Under the pieces are notes generated by a model. That model ran no database searches, was not told the DNA's origin, and was given only the letters and a program-made list of their open reading frames with translations. From the human T2T-CHM13v2.0 reference genome, Homo sapiens: 64,000 nucleotides of DNA. A program made the position numbers and the translations under genes. Position 1 is the stretch's first letter, and each line of letters starts with the position of its first letter. The stretch is from assembly GCF_009914755.1 (NCBI RefSeq), contig NC_060933.1, one strand, 5' to 3'. This document shows, piece by piece, positions 14,964-32,299 of the stretch.

Positions 14964-15430
14964 CTTGTCCTAAGAGCAAGCCAAGCAGCTTCAATGTCTG
15001 CATAGAGGTTCTTCTCTGTGGGTTTCCCGGAACTGGCACCATATCCAGAATAATCATATGAGAATATATTACAATTAATCCGTGATCCTAGTCCTATGTA
15101 AAAGCTGCTCATTTGACCAAGATCAACAGCATTTCCATGTGAGAAGAGTAAAGTGTATTTCGCATTGGGTGAACAACGTACAAACATACAAGCAATTCTG
15201 TTGCCTTTACTGGTTCTAGTCATGAAACACTCAATAGCATCTTTTTCTCTAGAAGAATACTGCCAGTCTGCTCGTTCAGACAGATGTAAAGTCCAACGGC
15301 TTCCGCTTTCATCACACATCAGTGTGTAAGTTGGATCAGGTGGCAAAAACGCTAATTTTGAAGCAATCTTCCCTGGACAAGGTGGACAGCAGAAGAGGCA
15401 ACATAGCTCACTAAATGAAAGATTATTCAT
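14964..15430 (-). CDS. ABHD17B: ABHD17B coding exon (exon 2 = 15433-14964; ATG at 15430), residues 1-156
   Basis: Acceptor ttttcag|AGC ATG and donor AAG|gtaaat. Encodes [28 protein letters not shown] with the N-terminal palmitoylated Cys cluster, the HGNAVDLG oxyanion region and YDYSGYGAS; 467 coding nt. Confidence 0.98.
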
Positions 15431-15580
15431 GCTCTGAAAAAGAAAAGGAGATAGCAAATATTTTAATAACTGAATGTAGACTCATACAATAAAAAGTTAA
15501 AACACAGACATGGGTAAATTTTATTGGTGGTTAATGACTATTACTATTTTAGGTATGATTCCAAACAGATTTTTGGCTTC

Positions 15581-15876
<296 letters not shown>

Positions 15877-16149
15877 TTTGGCTTCTTTCTAGAAGTACTT
15901 TAAATCCTGGGGTGAGGCAAATATTCCTGACCAGCAGACAGACTCAAATCCTATATGACAGGTTTCAAATAGCAGTGATTATTATCTCATTTAACATAAA
16001 TGTCAAAAATGATAAAGGTAATATTTGCCATTTCTTTACAAATAACCTGAAGGTATGAAATATCTTTAGTGTAGTCTGTAATTTCTATGTAACTCAGCAA
16101 AAGTTCTTAGAACCTCATGGAGAAGCTAGGAATTTAGCATAAAGTGAAT

Positions 16150-16330
16150 ACATACTAATAGCATTTATGAAGCTATTTGTCAGGCATTGTGCCAAGTGCT
16201 CTATGTGTGTTACTTGGTTTAATTCTCAGAACAACTGTGTAAGTTGTTGTGAGAAAGGAAACTTGCACAAGATGAGGCAGTGGTGGAGCCAGGATTTGAC
16301 TCCAGGCTGTCACTACACTATGTTACTGGG
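16150..16330 (-). mobile_element. MIR fragment
   Basis: taatagcatttatgaag...caggcattgtgccaagtgct...ggagccaggatttgactccagg. Confidence 0.65.
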
Positions 16331-16569
16331 CTACACTGCCTCACAGATTCAGAACACGCTCAGAAGACTATCACTTTGGTCACAGTGCCAGTGGCCCAAA
16401 TAACCTATAGAACATTAAAGTGTATGTATGTATGCATGCATGTATGTATGTATGTAATTACTGCCCAAACTAAAAAGGCTATAATATAAAGTTTATTGTG
16501 GAAAAAAGGTAAAATCTACTAAAGGTAAACTTTTCTAAATGTTTGGAAGAGAAAGAGTACAAGGTTTAA

Positions 16570-16715
16570 AGTTAGGAAGCTGGGGTAAAATCCTAACTCT
16601 ACCACTTACCGTTTGCCAGCTGTATGTCCTTGGGCAAACTATCTCTTTGACTCTCATTTTCTTCATAAGTAAACAAGGCCAATACCTACACTGAAGGACC
16701 TGGTTGTGAATATCA
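16570..16715 (+). mobile_element. MIR fragment
   Basis: tcctaactctaccacttacc...gtccttgggcaaact...taagtaaacaagg...ggttgtgaatatcaaatg. Confidence 0.6.
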
Positions 16716-17739
16716 AATGTTGGTGTAGTGAAGGCCCATCATACAACATACGGTGAGTGATGGCCATATCATTGTCACACTTTAACTTAGGGACAAAAAT
16801 AAAGTAATACTTGGTAGTTCTATCAGTATTTCCTTCTATCTTGTCCTTTTTCAAATTCCTGTCTCTTTTTAGCAAAATTAGGCCATTGCTTAGTTCCAGA
16901 GAAAAGGCATTTAAAACCAACACCTTACAGGTTTGGTGGCATCCAATTTTCTCCAAAAAGAAAAAAAAAAAATCTAAATATAAGAATAGGGGGAAAAAAG
17001 TACCCTATTACACCAAAAATGGGAAGAAAACAACTCAACAGAGTGACTAAATGGTTGAGAATATCTGGGGGAAAAAATGCCCTTTTCACTCAATACAGAA
17101 TCAAATATATCCTATAATGCTCAGTATAAATGTGTTTATAAGAAGCAGCAGAAAAAAGCACAGGAAGAGAGGAACAAGGGTAGGTATAACATAAAAGACT
17201 TCAAAAGGTGAGGGAAGGGCAGAAAAACATCTTGGATATTAGGAAATGCTTTAATTGCTTCCTACCTTTATTTCTTTTTAGGCTTCAAAATACAGCCTGA
17301 ATAAGTTAATGGCTTACTCTGGTTGGAACAAGAAATAGGACAGAAATAACAACTAAGTGTCATCTGCTAACTTTAACTGAGGGCTTCCTGAAGTGTTGTG
17401 CTGAGAATGATTCTAAGGCATACACAGGGCTTAGCCAGCAAAAGATGTGATAAATTAGTGATGTTTACTATAGACTCTGGCTACAAATTTACTATCCTGG
17501 TCAGGAGGATAAAGTGTCTGTTGAAGAAGATGAAAGGGAAGGAACTCAAAGGATCTGTTCCAGAGGAGGAAATGACCTGCAGAAAGATGATGAGGTACAA
17601 GGTATAATATCAGTGCTGTCTGTTTAATATCTGTCTATGGTTATTTGTCAACCCTGATTACCTCATATACCATTGACTGCTGAGCCACAATAGCCTTTTA
17701 AAAAGCTTAATAAGTAAATGGTACGTATCTAGACTATAG

Positions 17740-18087
<348 letters not shown>

Positions 18088-19012
18088 TAATAAACTACTT
18101 TTGAAATAAAGCTGGCTGGTTGAACATATATAATGCTGTGAAGAAGTTTCTGGGGATGAACACCAAAGGAGAGAAGCAGAAAGGAGAAAAACTGCAGTGC
18201 CAGGGTCTAGTTTAATGACAACTTCACTTCCTTAATGCTGACAGAATGACTCCCCTCTTCCACTGCCCAAAAGCCAGATAACTGGGGCTTATTTAATGAC
18301 AACAACTTGCAAATGATCACTTTCCTAATAAGAGGCCTGGTATAGGGCAGCAACACAGACCTACTTTCAAAAGTTAATTGAATACTTTTTAAGTCTGAAA
18401 AATTTCACAAAAACTATAAACAAAACAAATAAATCTAGGTTTTAGTATAGTGTGAGCAAGTTACTGAAGAAAAACATTTTATTCTGTAAAAAAAAAAAAA
18501 AATCACTGAAATAGCTTGTTAAACTTAGATAATTTCAAGTCCAACTTGTTCTTATAAAACTCATGCCAGACGCAGTGGATTGCTTGAGCAGTTAACAGTT
18601 GAAAAACACATCAGTGAGCTAAAAGATCAGGTTGAGTAATTTGCAAATATGGAATTTTTTTGTGGGAATTAAGAGACAGAAAACAACAAAATTTAATAGA
18701 TAGAAATAGAAGTAGAAATATCACTATCCATACTATAGAAGTTCCAGGAGAAAATAAAGATAAGACTATTTAAGAATTTCTCAGAATTAAAGGGGGAAAA
18801 AAAGTCAGATTGAAACACCTCAAAGTGTACCAAAAAACAACAAACTACTTAAAAATGAACAAGATCAGATGAACATATGACTTTCTAATATAAACACTGG
18901 AAGCCAAAAGACAATGGAGAGATAATTTTAAGCTAAAGATGAAATCAAACTTTTAACCTAGAATTGTACATAGAACAAAAATACAGTTTTAATATAAGGA
19001 TAAAGGTATCTG

Positions 19013-19115
19013 GGCTGGGTGTGGTGGCTCACTCCTGTAATCCCAGCACTTTGGGAGGCCAAGATGGGAGGACCACTTAAGCAACATAGGAAAACATTGT
19101 CTCTATCAAAAAAAA
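19013..19115 (+). mobile_element. Alu left monomer (FLAM-like)
   Basis: ggctgggtgtggtggctcactcctgtaatcccagcactttgggagg. Confidence 0.85.
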
Positions 19116-19224
19116 CAAAGAGAGAGAGAGATCTGCAGGCCCACAAAAACTCGTAAGACTTAACCAAATCAAGTCTCTCTTTGAAAAACTCCAGCAAGGA
19201 GGGAAGGAGATAAATCCAAGGGAA

Positions 19225-19532
19225 GGCCAGGCACAGTGGCTCACACCTATAATCCCAACACTTTGGGAGGCCGAGGTAGGAGGATTGCTTGAGCCCAGGA
19301 ATTGAAAACCAGCCTGAGCACCATGGCAAAACTCCATCTCTATAAAAAATACAAAAATTAGCTGGGCATGGTAGTGTGTGCCTGTAATCTCAGCCACTGG
19401 CGTGGCTGGAGTGGGAGGACTGCTGGAGCATGGGAGGTCAAGGCTACAGCGAGCTGTGATAGAGCCACTACACTCCAGCCTGGGCTACAGAGTGAGAGCC
19501 TGTCTCAACAATAACAACAAAACAAACAAAAA
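19225..19532 (+). mobile_element. AluJ
   Basis: Full Alu with J-type ggaggattgcttgagcccagga. Confidence 0.92.
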
Positions 19533-20069
19533 CCCCCCAAATCCCAAGGGACTTCTATGAGATATCTGAGATATGAGAAATAAAGGAGAATAGTTAATAC
19601 AATGTTTTTTGTACAAGTGAGCAATGGGAGCAAGGAGGGTGAAGACAACAAAGTATATCCCTAAAAATCCAGAACAAAAACTTTGGTGAATATGAATACG
19701 AAGAGGATTGACAAAAGAGAGACTACTTAAGAGGTAAAAATGTGCTGGGGTACCTGACTTGTTGAGGATGCTACTGATACTGATAAGCTTAAGACATAGA
19801 AGAAAAGCCTGAATATAAGCATGACTCTTAATAAGTCAGATATAATCATCAGAAAAATGATAGTGCAGGGCACATCTAAAGGAGTTACAATTATCCATTA
19901 CAAAAGTCTAGCTTTAAATATTAGTGTCCAACTTAAGAAGAGAGTAAACAAAAAGAAAACAAGAAAAAGAAAATTAAGAGCAGATATCAACAAAACAAAG
20001 AACAAAAAGCAATGGAGAACCAACAGCTGATTTCAGAAAAGGCTTCCACTACTACTAATAGCAAATAGC

Positions 20070-20290
20070 ATTAACTGAACACTTACAAAGTGTCAGGCAC
20101 TATTCTAAACACTTTTCACATATTAACTAATCCTTTCAACAATCCTCTGCTTTAGGGACTATTATTACACCCATTTTGCAATTGAGAAAACAGAGGCATA
20201 GAATAGTTACATAAGTTGCCTAATGTCACAAATCTGATCAATGGAACTGATACATGACAGAATGACTCTGTAACCCAAACTCATAACTAC
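20070..20290 (-). mobile_element. MIR
   Basis: gaacacttacaaagtgtcaggcactattctaaacact...cccattttgcaattgagaaaacagaggca. Confidence 0.75.
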
Positions 20291-21956
20291 TGTTTTGTGG
20301 AAAGGGTACTCAGACAAGACTGATCACAAGAAAGAGATAAGCAAAATAAACGAAATAATGTACGAAAGGAAAAAGGACTTTGAGCTACAGACATAGTTTC
20401 TAGAAATGAAAGAATATCATGTGTCAATAAATAACCTAGACAAAACTCACGCACTTCTTGAGTAATATAAAAGGACAAAATTGGCACAAAGGCTAGAATA
20501 TGCAAATAACCATCAGAACTTCAAAGGGAAATCAAAGACCACCTTCACTTAAAATACTTTCATTAAGTGAAGTTATTCCAGAAAATGAATGCTGCTCAAC
20601 AATTGCTTTCTGAGGCTATTATAACCTTTATCCCAAAACTTAGAACTGTAAATAAAACTGTAAGTCCACTTCACTTTGAACATGCATGAAAAAACCTTAA
20701 AAACCTTAAAAAAAAGAAACAACATATAAAGTGTATATAAATACAAAATACAAAATCAAGCTGAAAGACAAGAATGACAAATCTTCCAATGTTAAACCAA
20801 AGTAATTCACATTAATGAACTAAAGAAAAAAAACACATGGTTTTCTTAATAGATATACAGGGACAAAACAATATGTTTGGTAGATGATATAATTACCCTG
20901 ATAGAAAACCAAAAGAATCTAGAAAGTATTAAAACAAATGAGACTTCTCAGCAATTTTGGCAAATGCATGAACTTAGGTAAAGTTGGTACAGTTCAATGT
21001 TAGCTAGCATTAAACAACTAAAAATAGTTAAAAAAATTATAAATAAGATCGCACCCACAACCAAAACGACTATCTAGGAATTAATATAAAATAGAATGCA
21101 GAAAACCTTTATGCAGAAAAATTTTAAATAAGAACATTAAAAAATGGAAAGAATGACTTAATAGCATTGAGAATGTCAACTCTCCCAGAATGAAAATTTC
21201 AAGGTAATTCCCATCAAAATTCCAGCAGAAATTTGAGGAACTCAAAAGTGATTATAAAATTTATATAAAAGTATAAAGGTCTATAGAAAATAAAAAAATA
21301 AAACTAAGAAAAAAGACTCCTCCACTTATAATCAAGAAAAACAAAATGCAGAGAATTCATACAGAACCTCAAGGAACCCAGAATAGCCAAATCAATCTTG
21401 AAAAGAAAACCTAAGTTGGAGGATTCACACTTCCCAATTTCAAAACTCATAATAAAGCAACAGTAATCAAGACAGAATGCTATTGGCATAAGGACAAATA
21501 TATCTAAGGAATAGAACTGAGAATCCAGAAATAAACCTGACATTTATGGTCAGTTGATTTTTGACAAGAGTGCCAAAACAATTCAATGGTGAAAGAAGTG
21601 TTTTCAACAAATGGTGCTAGGGCAACATAATATCCACATGCAAAAGAATGAAATTTTACTCTTACTTCACACCATATACAAAAATCAACTCAAAATGAGT
21701 CAAAGACTAAATGTAAGATCTAAACTATGAAGTTCTCAAAAGAAAATATAGGCATAAATCTTTGTGACCTTGGGTTATAAAATGTTTCCTTAGAAAAGAT
21801 ACTGAAAGCACAAGTAACAAAGAAAAAAAAATAGATAAATCAGACTCCAAAATTAAAAACTTTCATGTTTCAAAAGACACAAGGATACTGAAAGGACAAC
21901 CTACTGAATGTGAGAAAATACAAATAACCTTTACAATTCAACAATTTTAAAAGGAC

Positions 21957-22272
21957 AGCTGGGCACGGTGGCTCAAGCCTGTAATCCCAGCACTTCGGAA
22001 GGCCGAGGCGGACGGATCATGAGGTCAGGAGATCGAGACCATCCTGCTAACATGGTGAAACCCTGCCTCTACTAAAAATACAAAAAATTAGCCGGGCATG
22101 GTGGCACGTGCCTGTATTCCCAGCTACTCGGGAGGCTGAGGCAGAAGAATCACTTGAACACGGGAGGTGGAGGTTGTAGTGAGCTGAGATCACGCCACTG
22201 TACTCCACCCTGGGGAACAGAGCAAGACTCCCGTCTCAAAAAACAAACCAAAAAAAAAAGGAAAAAAAAAAA
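21957..22272 (+). mobile_element. AluS (Sc-like) inserted in L1
   Basis: Full Alu with TSD taaaaggaca. Confidence 0.95.
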
Positions 22273-22724
22273 CAATAAAAGGACAACCCAATTAATAGAC
22301 AAAGGGATTTATAGACATTTCTCCAAAAGATATACAAATGGCCAATGGGCATGTGAAAAGATGCTTAACACCATCAGTCATCAAGGAAATGGAAATCAAA
22401 ACCACAAAGAGATACAGCTTCATCTCCATTAAGATAGCTATAATCAAAAAGACATAATAATAAAGGTTATTTGGCAGGTGGAGAAATTGGAACCCTCATA
22501 CACTGCTGATAGGAAGAAAAATGGTAGTCACATTAGAAAACAATCTGATATTTCCTCAAAAACTTAAAGAGTTGCCATTTGACAAAGCAATTCTACTCTC
22601 AAGAGAAAGCAAAACCCATGTCCACACAAAAACTTGTACATGCATGTGCAGCATTATTTACAATAGCTGAAAAACGTAAGCAATCCAAATGTACACCAGC
22701 TGATGAATGGATAAACAAAATGTA

Positions 22725-23516
<792 letters not shown>

Positions 23517-23930
23517 TTGAGTTGTATCTTAAATATTTGAGTGTTATGGTATGTCAATTATATATTAATAAAGAAGTTACCAGAAAATGTCTATAAAGAG
23601 CAAAGGTATATACATGTATTTGTGGGGTAGATAGGAATTTTCCCTCCCAGATATTAAGACACACTGCACAAAGTCCAAGTAATAAAGACAGAGTGGTGCT
23701 GGTACAGAAACAAATAGACCTAGTAACAGAGTTTATGAATAAACCCCTATGTGAATGGGACTAGGGATTGACACAGCTGGTTTCTCAAAGCAGTAGGAAA
23801 GGATGGATTCTTTAGTAGATTGTGCTGGGAAAACTTACCACATGGGTAAAGTGGTTGGATCACTACATCATGGAATACAGAAAGCAAATTCCAGGCAGAT
23901 CACAGACTTAAAGAGCAAAACTAATTTTTA

Positions 23931-24315
<385 letters not shown>

Positions 24316-25302
24316 ATGTCCTTTTTTGGATGAATTCATCATCCCAAACTGTCAGAATATTTAAAATGTAGGGAACTTCAGCAAAAACAAGAAAAAACTG
24401 GGTAACTCAAGAACAATGGGCAAAAGATAGGAATAGGCAATTCATATGGCTAACAAGTATATGAAAAAAGGCTCAACCTCACCAACTATCAGAGAAATCA
24501 AAAAATAATACATCAAAACTAAAAGAAAAAATTAGAAAGCTGAGTATTATCAAGTGCTGGTGAGAATGGGGAAAATGGAAATCTTTGTAAACTGCTTGGT
24601 AAGCCATTGTGTTTACCAATGACCCAGAATCTCTCTCTTGGGTAAGTACTACAAAGAAATACTTGCACAGGTCCTTTAAGTGTATCTGAAGTATTATTTG
24701 TGTCAGGGCCTGAGATGCAATATAGGTTCCATAACTGGGGAAATGAGTAAGCATGTGTTGGATGCAGATAATAGAAAATTAACACAGTCAGAAGCAAAGA
24801 CTGATGACTAGGGATTAAATATAATGGTATTGGGTGAAAAAAGTAAGGTACGAACAGATCTATAATATCATTAACATACATGCAAAACAGACATAAACAT
24901 TATCTTTGAGGACAAATACATTTCTAAGGGTACATATGTCAGAGTATATGCTTACCAAAGGGGTAATGGGGATGGAGGTTGAAGGGAAAAAAAAAAAAAA
25001 GGAAATTAAGTAAAACAAGAGCAGGGCCTATGCTCATAGATTGATGGTGATAATGCGCCATGAACTAGATTAGAAATTCCAGAGGGTAACAATCACATCT
25101 GCTTGCTTACAACTGGACATCTAGTATCAAGCAGAATACTTGACATATAGTAGGGTTTCTAATATTTCTTAAATGAATGAGTTAGTAAATTATTAAGACT
25201 GATTCAACTCTTTGCACCCAAGAAGCTCCTACAAAAGAAAGAAATTCACTAAATTTACATGTCAAGAAAAAATGCAAAAATGTTTTGTTACTATTACTTA
25301 GG

Positions 25303-25354
25303 TTTTTCATATGGGGGCAAAACAGAATCTTTTTCATATGGGGGCAAAAGAGAA
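25303..25354. repeat. 27-nt-period tandem duplication (2 copies)
   Basis: tttttcatatgggggcaaaa(c/g)agaa at 25303 and 25330. Confidence 0.9.
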
Positions 25355-25514
25355 GCAGTCAAATAAAAATCTATGAACCTAAGTGGGGGCAGGTGGAAAA
25401 AGCCTTGCAAGTTACTCAAATCACTCAATGTGTTATGAAACACAGAGAAGGACCCTATTCCAGGGAGGAGGGAATCTTGCCCCTCTTGCAATAAATACAC
25501 AAAATGAAAGGTCA

Positions 25515-25834
<320 letters not shown>

Positions 25835-26648
25835 TCACCTCAATGTTAAACAGATGGCCCATTGTGAAAATTAAGGTTTTCCTTTTGGCAGGGCATTCAA
25901 CAATTTCTTCACTTACAGCAAGAGCAATTTCCTAAAATTGTATGAAATAATAATTTAAGAATCTGCTTCTCCTGGTAACGTTTTCCTCCTCAATGACAAA
26001 GAAAAAAGATAAATAACTGATTCTTTCTCAGCAAAACAGGAAGACTAATGTAAAAAAAAGTCCCTAAATAGAATGACCTACTGTATCTCCTTCCTCTCTT
26101 CTAACGTAAGAAATTACTGACATGACTCCTGTCAATTTTTGACATAATAACAATTTACTAGGGGAAAAAAAATCTCCTTTTGATCTCCTTGTAATAGTTT
26201 CTTGGTAATGCAGACCAACTCATATTACTACTAATTATTATAAGGTTTAAGATTTTTGTTGTACTGAACTAGCATTAAAAGTCTTTAAAAGCAGGTTTAG
26301 AGAAAACATTTAAAAGAATGCTTATATCTTTCTTCATTTTGTGTGATATGTTGACAACTATGCTCAGTACACTGTATGTGATAAACCATTTAAATTTTGA
26401 TATATTAGATTTCATGTTAAGAACTATAGTCTAAAATTCAAGATGAATTACTCCATTTATGGATAACTCTGGGGATGCAATATCATTCTGTGTAATCTGT
26501 AGTAGTATTCAAAGTATAGCTACATGTGAAACTCTAAGCTCTGAGTGTTATGGTTTTTAGAAAGCCATACACATTACAGAGTTTAGTACATACAGAGAAG
26601 CTGAATATTCACCTTGAAAGAAGATGAAGCATCCAAAACACAGTATCA

Positions 26649-26795
<147 letters not shown>

Positions 26796-26839
26796 CTAAC
26801 TCACTAACTACAACTTGAACAGGAGGTACTTAGTTGTAA

Positions 26840-27091
<252 letters not shown>

Positions 27092-27839
27092 TGAAACAAG
27101 TTTCATCTGTGAGATCAAAGGGCTCAAAATTCAGGTGACTTTGCAGGAAAAAGTCAGCTCTGCTTGAAGACACAAACTGGATGAACTGCATGCTACATGA
27201 GTTTTTAAACTCGGAGAAAAAATTTAAAAATATTAATGTTTTAATATTTTGAATTAAAAGAAGAAATTTTTGCAAAACCTCTTCTTTGAAAAAGAATCAT
27301 GTCTGGTACTTTTAAGGTAAAGTTGCAATTTTTAAATACCAATAAGATTCTAGATATAGAGTGTAACAGTGCCAATGGGTCACTTGAAAACACCCTTAGA
27401 AGTGTGGGTTTTGTTGGGGTAAACTGAACAAACGCCTTAATAATTTGAGTTTAGAAAAATTTAGAGGAGTTTCTCAAATGGAAAAAAAAATGTACTGGGC
27501 AATGTGCAAATAAGAGTCCTTTCTCACTGGTGGAAAGTACTGGAGTTAGACGAAAAAAGAAAGTTGAGGTGAAGATAGGAGGCATCAACCAGAGACATCA
27601 AAATAGTGTCAGTTCTAGTGTAAGTTGTGAACTTACTATCCTAGTAAAAAAAAAGCTAGTAAGGTTCAGAAATGAAGATGTTAGATCTATGATGACATTA
27701 TAGTAGAAGATGAAAATTAAGGGTAAAGAGTCTATAAGCTGTGCCAAGCAAACTAATTTGGGTCAGAAGTCCTATTTATTTTAATGCAGTGCTTTTTATT
27801 ACTTTTGTTTTCCCTCAGTTTCTTGATACTGCTAGACAC

Positions 27840-28000
27840 TGCACTAGCTAAGCACTCACTCTCCACATATGATTATTTAAATTTAAATTACCTAAAATTA
27901 AATATTCACTTCTTCAATCCCACCAGCCACTGTGGCTACAAGTTACACAGCATAGTATGAATATTTCTTTCACTACAGAAAGCCCTAATGGGCAGTGCTG
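27840..28000. mobile_element. MER3/MER33-like hAT-Charlie relic
   Basis: atttaaatttaaatta...ccagccactgtggctac...cagaaagccctaatgggcagtgctg. Confidence 0.6.
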
Positions 28001-29386
28001 AACGAAAACCTTTGAAACCCAGACAATCCAGAACAAACGGTTCCATGCTTTAAATTCATACTAGCTTCAAATGCTAAAGAGCACCTTCCTTCCTGGCTTT
28101 TCCATCAAAGTACATATACGTAAATCTCATAGATCTTTCTGTTGAACATTGATAAAACACACAGAACTAAGTGAGACTGCCTACACAAGACTATTCTGGA
28201 AAATTTTATCTTTATGACACAGACTTATTTCTAACCCAATTCTAACATAAAAGCCATTTTATTAAAAATGAGCAGTGCAACTCAATTAGGCTATCTATAT
28301 GTTTTAATCCACGGTTTGATGAATCAAAAGGATTCATGTTCTTGAGAGGTTCCTTGTAAGCTGAAGTTGCAAGTAAACCATGAGAAAGTGTAAAAAACAC
28401 TTGTGACTATTAGCTAATGAATTTCTGAACATAGTCCAAAACAGTATCCTAAACACTTACAATCTTGATGATCCACCAGAGCAATGTCCTAACAAGTGAA
28501 CAAAGTCTTACTGATGGAGCAGTAAAATAGGTTGTTGGTTTTTGCATATGCTAGTATCACATATTCCTATAAAACTTTTGGTGACTGGAAAGTACAATTA
28601 GCTCAGGGCTTTTAAAAGTCACACCTTTACCTGTTGCTGAGCGTAAGCTAGACATGAACAGACACATGTTTTCTCTCCCTAATCATCAGCTTTTGGCATT
28701 TCTATTCTAAGAATCCAAATCATGCTTATCCTCAAACTCAAAGTTCATAGAAAAGCTGTCATATTACATTGTTCCAGAAACATTCCACAATGCACATTAT
28801 TCCCTAGTTTATAAGTAAAATAAGTCCCTGAGAAACTTTTCAGGTGAGTACCTACTCAGTATTTTTCATACCATAGAACACCCATATGTACCTCAATATT
28901 ATCTAGTCAATGTAGTCACAAATCTCACAAAATTTAAGGATTATTGATTATAAATAATGAATACAATCTTTTTTTAAAAAGAGGTTCATATTATGGGTAC
29001 CCCAGTTTGAATTTCTAAGAGTTACAAAAAAGATTATTTCTAAGAGTTTATACAAAAAGTTTATAAAACCATTTACAGGTCAATACAGCATATGAGCATG
29101 GACCCACACAACCCTTATTTACCAAGCAGTAAATAAAATAAGGTGTTTCAATAAAGTTAAAAAAACTTTACCAAACAACAACAAAGGTTTTGTTTTTTAG
29201 GCAACTGAAACTGCTGTAAAACATATTAGAGCTACAGTGAAAAGACAAAAACGTAAACGGTGATAATACTACTACTGTATGCAAATAAATATTAGTCAAG
29301 TTCCACAATAGGGATTTGATATTTTAAGAAATAACATTGCTATTATGAAAGTATTACAAGACAAAGTTTAAAAAAAAAAAAAAACC

Positions 29387-29685
<299 letters not shown>

Positions 29686-30331
29686 TCAAACCGCATGTTA
29701 CACTATTTTTTAAAAGTCTCCTCGCCAGGCTAAAATTAGGATTGGTTAAAAGTCCACTTCAAAAAATGAAGTTCCCTAGATACTGTCTCCAACTCATAAG
29801 AGTAGAGGTTTATATTGGGAAAACCTCCTCTGAGGAATCAGACTAATCTGAAAGACATATCTTAAAAGAGACTGATATGGCAAATTACACAGGGAAGTTG
29901 GGGGATCTGGGAGCGTATTTGTGCGATACTGGTGGGGGACAGCTATGCTCTCTACTGTAAGTGGGATGTCAACATGTAAGAAGTAGTAATATAATACTGT
30001 TATCTAGCGACATGGAAGTAAACACCAAAAGAATCATTCAAAAATAACTAAATGCCCCTGGGAATTTGTAGAATTATTTGGCTTCCTGACCACATACATG
30101 TACAAAACTGATAAAAAACAAAAAATGACCAAAACAAACAAACAAACAAAAAAACACTTAAAACTTCTTTAGTCTCTTCCCTAATCCCAACCCAAACCTC
30201 AGCCTTGTTCTCAGAAATTACAATTTTGGGTCATTTGTTTTTAATTCTTCTAGTGCTTACTACCATACTCATTTTTTAAAAAAATCCATTATTTCTTATC
30301 ACAGTGTAGCCTCATTATAAAAGACTGAGCG

Positions 30332-30457
30332 GGCTGGGCAAGGTAGCTCATACCTGGAATCCCAGCACTTTAGGAAGCAGAGGCAGGTCGATCACTTGAG
30401 GTCAGGAGTTTCAAGACCAGCCTGGCCAACATGGTGAGACCCTGTTTCTACTAAAAA

Positions 30458-30488
<31 letters not shown>

Positions 30489-30660
30489 AAATATTAGCTG
30501 GGAGTGACGGTGCATGTCTGCAATCCCAGCTAGTCGGGAGGTTGAGACAGGAGAATAGCTTGAGCCCAGGAGACAGAGGTTGCAGTGAGCCAAGTTTGTG
30601 CCACAGCATTCCAGCCTGGGTGACAGAGCTGGACTCTGTCACACAGACACACACACACAC
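30332..30660 (+). mobile_element. AluS with (TAAA)n linker and (CA)n tail
   Basis: Full Alu with TSD aaagactgag. Confidence 0.95.
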
Positions 30661-32299
30661 GAAAGACTGAGAAGATTTACCCTAATTCCCGCCTTCTATG
30701 CTCATTCTGATTTATTTTAGTTTGTATTAGTTATAACTTTAGATATTATAGCTGAACCTGTATTTCTTATTCTATCAACTTTAGGAAGTTTCTTCTGGCT
30801 CCCCCATGTAATCATATACCATTATTGCTGACTATACAATTAAGTTTCACATTAAGTTTTATATCATTTGCAATTTATTAAGTTTTTATCTATTGGTTGA
30901 TTCTCATTAATTGGATAATAAAAAGTACTTACAGTGTCATTCACTGCCCATCCAAGGGGCATGGTAAAACTCAGAGAATAAACAGCAATTTTATGTCACT
31001 AAATTCCAAGTGTCAAGGTGTTTACATTCTTGATACTCAATTACACCTCACTGTTCAAAAATAAGGCACATTTTCGTTTGCTTCACATTTGGACTTTCAG
31101 AAGAGGCTTTAATTTTCTGAAGTTTTTGCCTTTTTATTACATTTAACATATTCCAATTTATTAGAATTTGTTCAACAAAATCCATGTTGTTCTTAAAGAC
31201 ATGTTTAGACCCCAGTGATTTCTGTTTTAATTTGAAATAATTATGTTCTGGGTTAGTTCACAGCCCAGTTGCCTGCCTACCTAGTACTTCTTTTCATCAC
31301 ATACCTCTGTTGATTCTGAATCTCAAGCTCCTTTTTGTAAGATTTTTTTGTTTGATTTTGCTGTACTACAACTCCCAAGCACTACCCCCCACCCCCTTAC
31401 CCAAAGGTCTGGCGAAGTAAACTACACTGTTATGTATACTTCCACACTTACAGCAAACTAGGTCTGCTTCAGAATTATAGGTTGTTTCTTAAAATTCTCC
31501 TCGAAATTTAAATCATTGGTCCACATTTTCTAGTACCAAGTAATAAAAGTGTCTACCAATCTGATTTTTTAAAAGTGATTCTCATCTCTCAAAAATATTT
31601 ATGAGATTTCCCTACATCCTTAGCTCTGAAATTTCATAAGCCTATTATCTAAATGTGTGTTATTGTTTGTCCATTTTGTTTTATACTTAATGGGTCCATT
31701 TGATCTAAAGCCCCGAGTCTTTACTTAGCTCAGATAATTTTTCTTCTATTTCCTCTCCATCTTCTCTGTTCCATGTGGAATTCCTTTTTAGGAATCCTAG
31801 GACTATCCACTATATCTATAAAGCTTTTCTTTTTGTTCTCTTCATTTGTGTTTTTCAGGTAATGCTTGTTCATCTTGGGTTTCATGCTGTTGGAATGCTT
31901 CTTTCTTGACTGTTCATATTTCTAAGCAAAGAACTAAATTGGGTTTCCTTTATATTTGTGTAAGCCTATTGACCCAGAAGGCCTATAGTCTGAATAGGAC
32001 TGACTGCAGAATTGGAACTCCTGTAACTGCTAGAATAAAGAGGATTTTGGAGATAGAGTAGTCAGTGTCAGTCTGTCTCTCACAAACACACACATACGCA
32101 CTCTCTCTCTCACACACACCCATACCCTGTCTATAGGGCAAACAAGTATGTTCTGTTTATCTCTTCAATGGGACCAGAAGATACTTTACAAATATTCGAG
32201 AACATAGTACAGCTTTAACTCTTGGTCCAATAATGTAATTAAAAATTTTACCCAGTAAATTCTTCTAGTGAGATGCCAACGAAGCCTTTGGACAGCACG

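Noticed and set aside
28620-28640. Strong minus-strand donor CAG|GTAAAG in intron 1
   Set aside because: No convincing matching acceptor upstream; isolated donors are expected in a 35-kb intron.
28835-28850. ttttcag|gtgagt recursive-splice-like motif
   Set aside because: It is on the plus strand, antisense to ABHD17B, and nothing here supports a plus-strand transcript.
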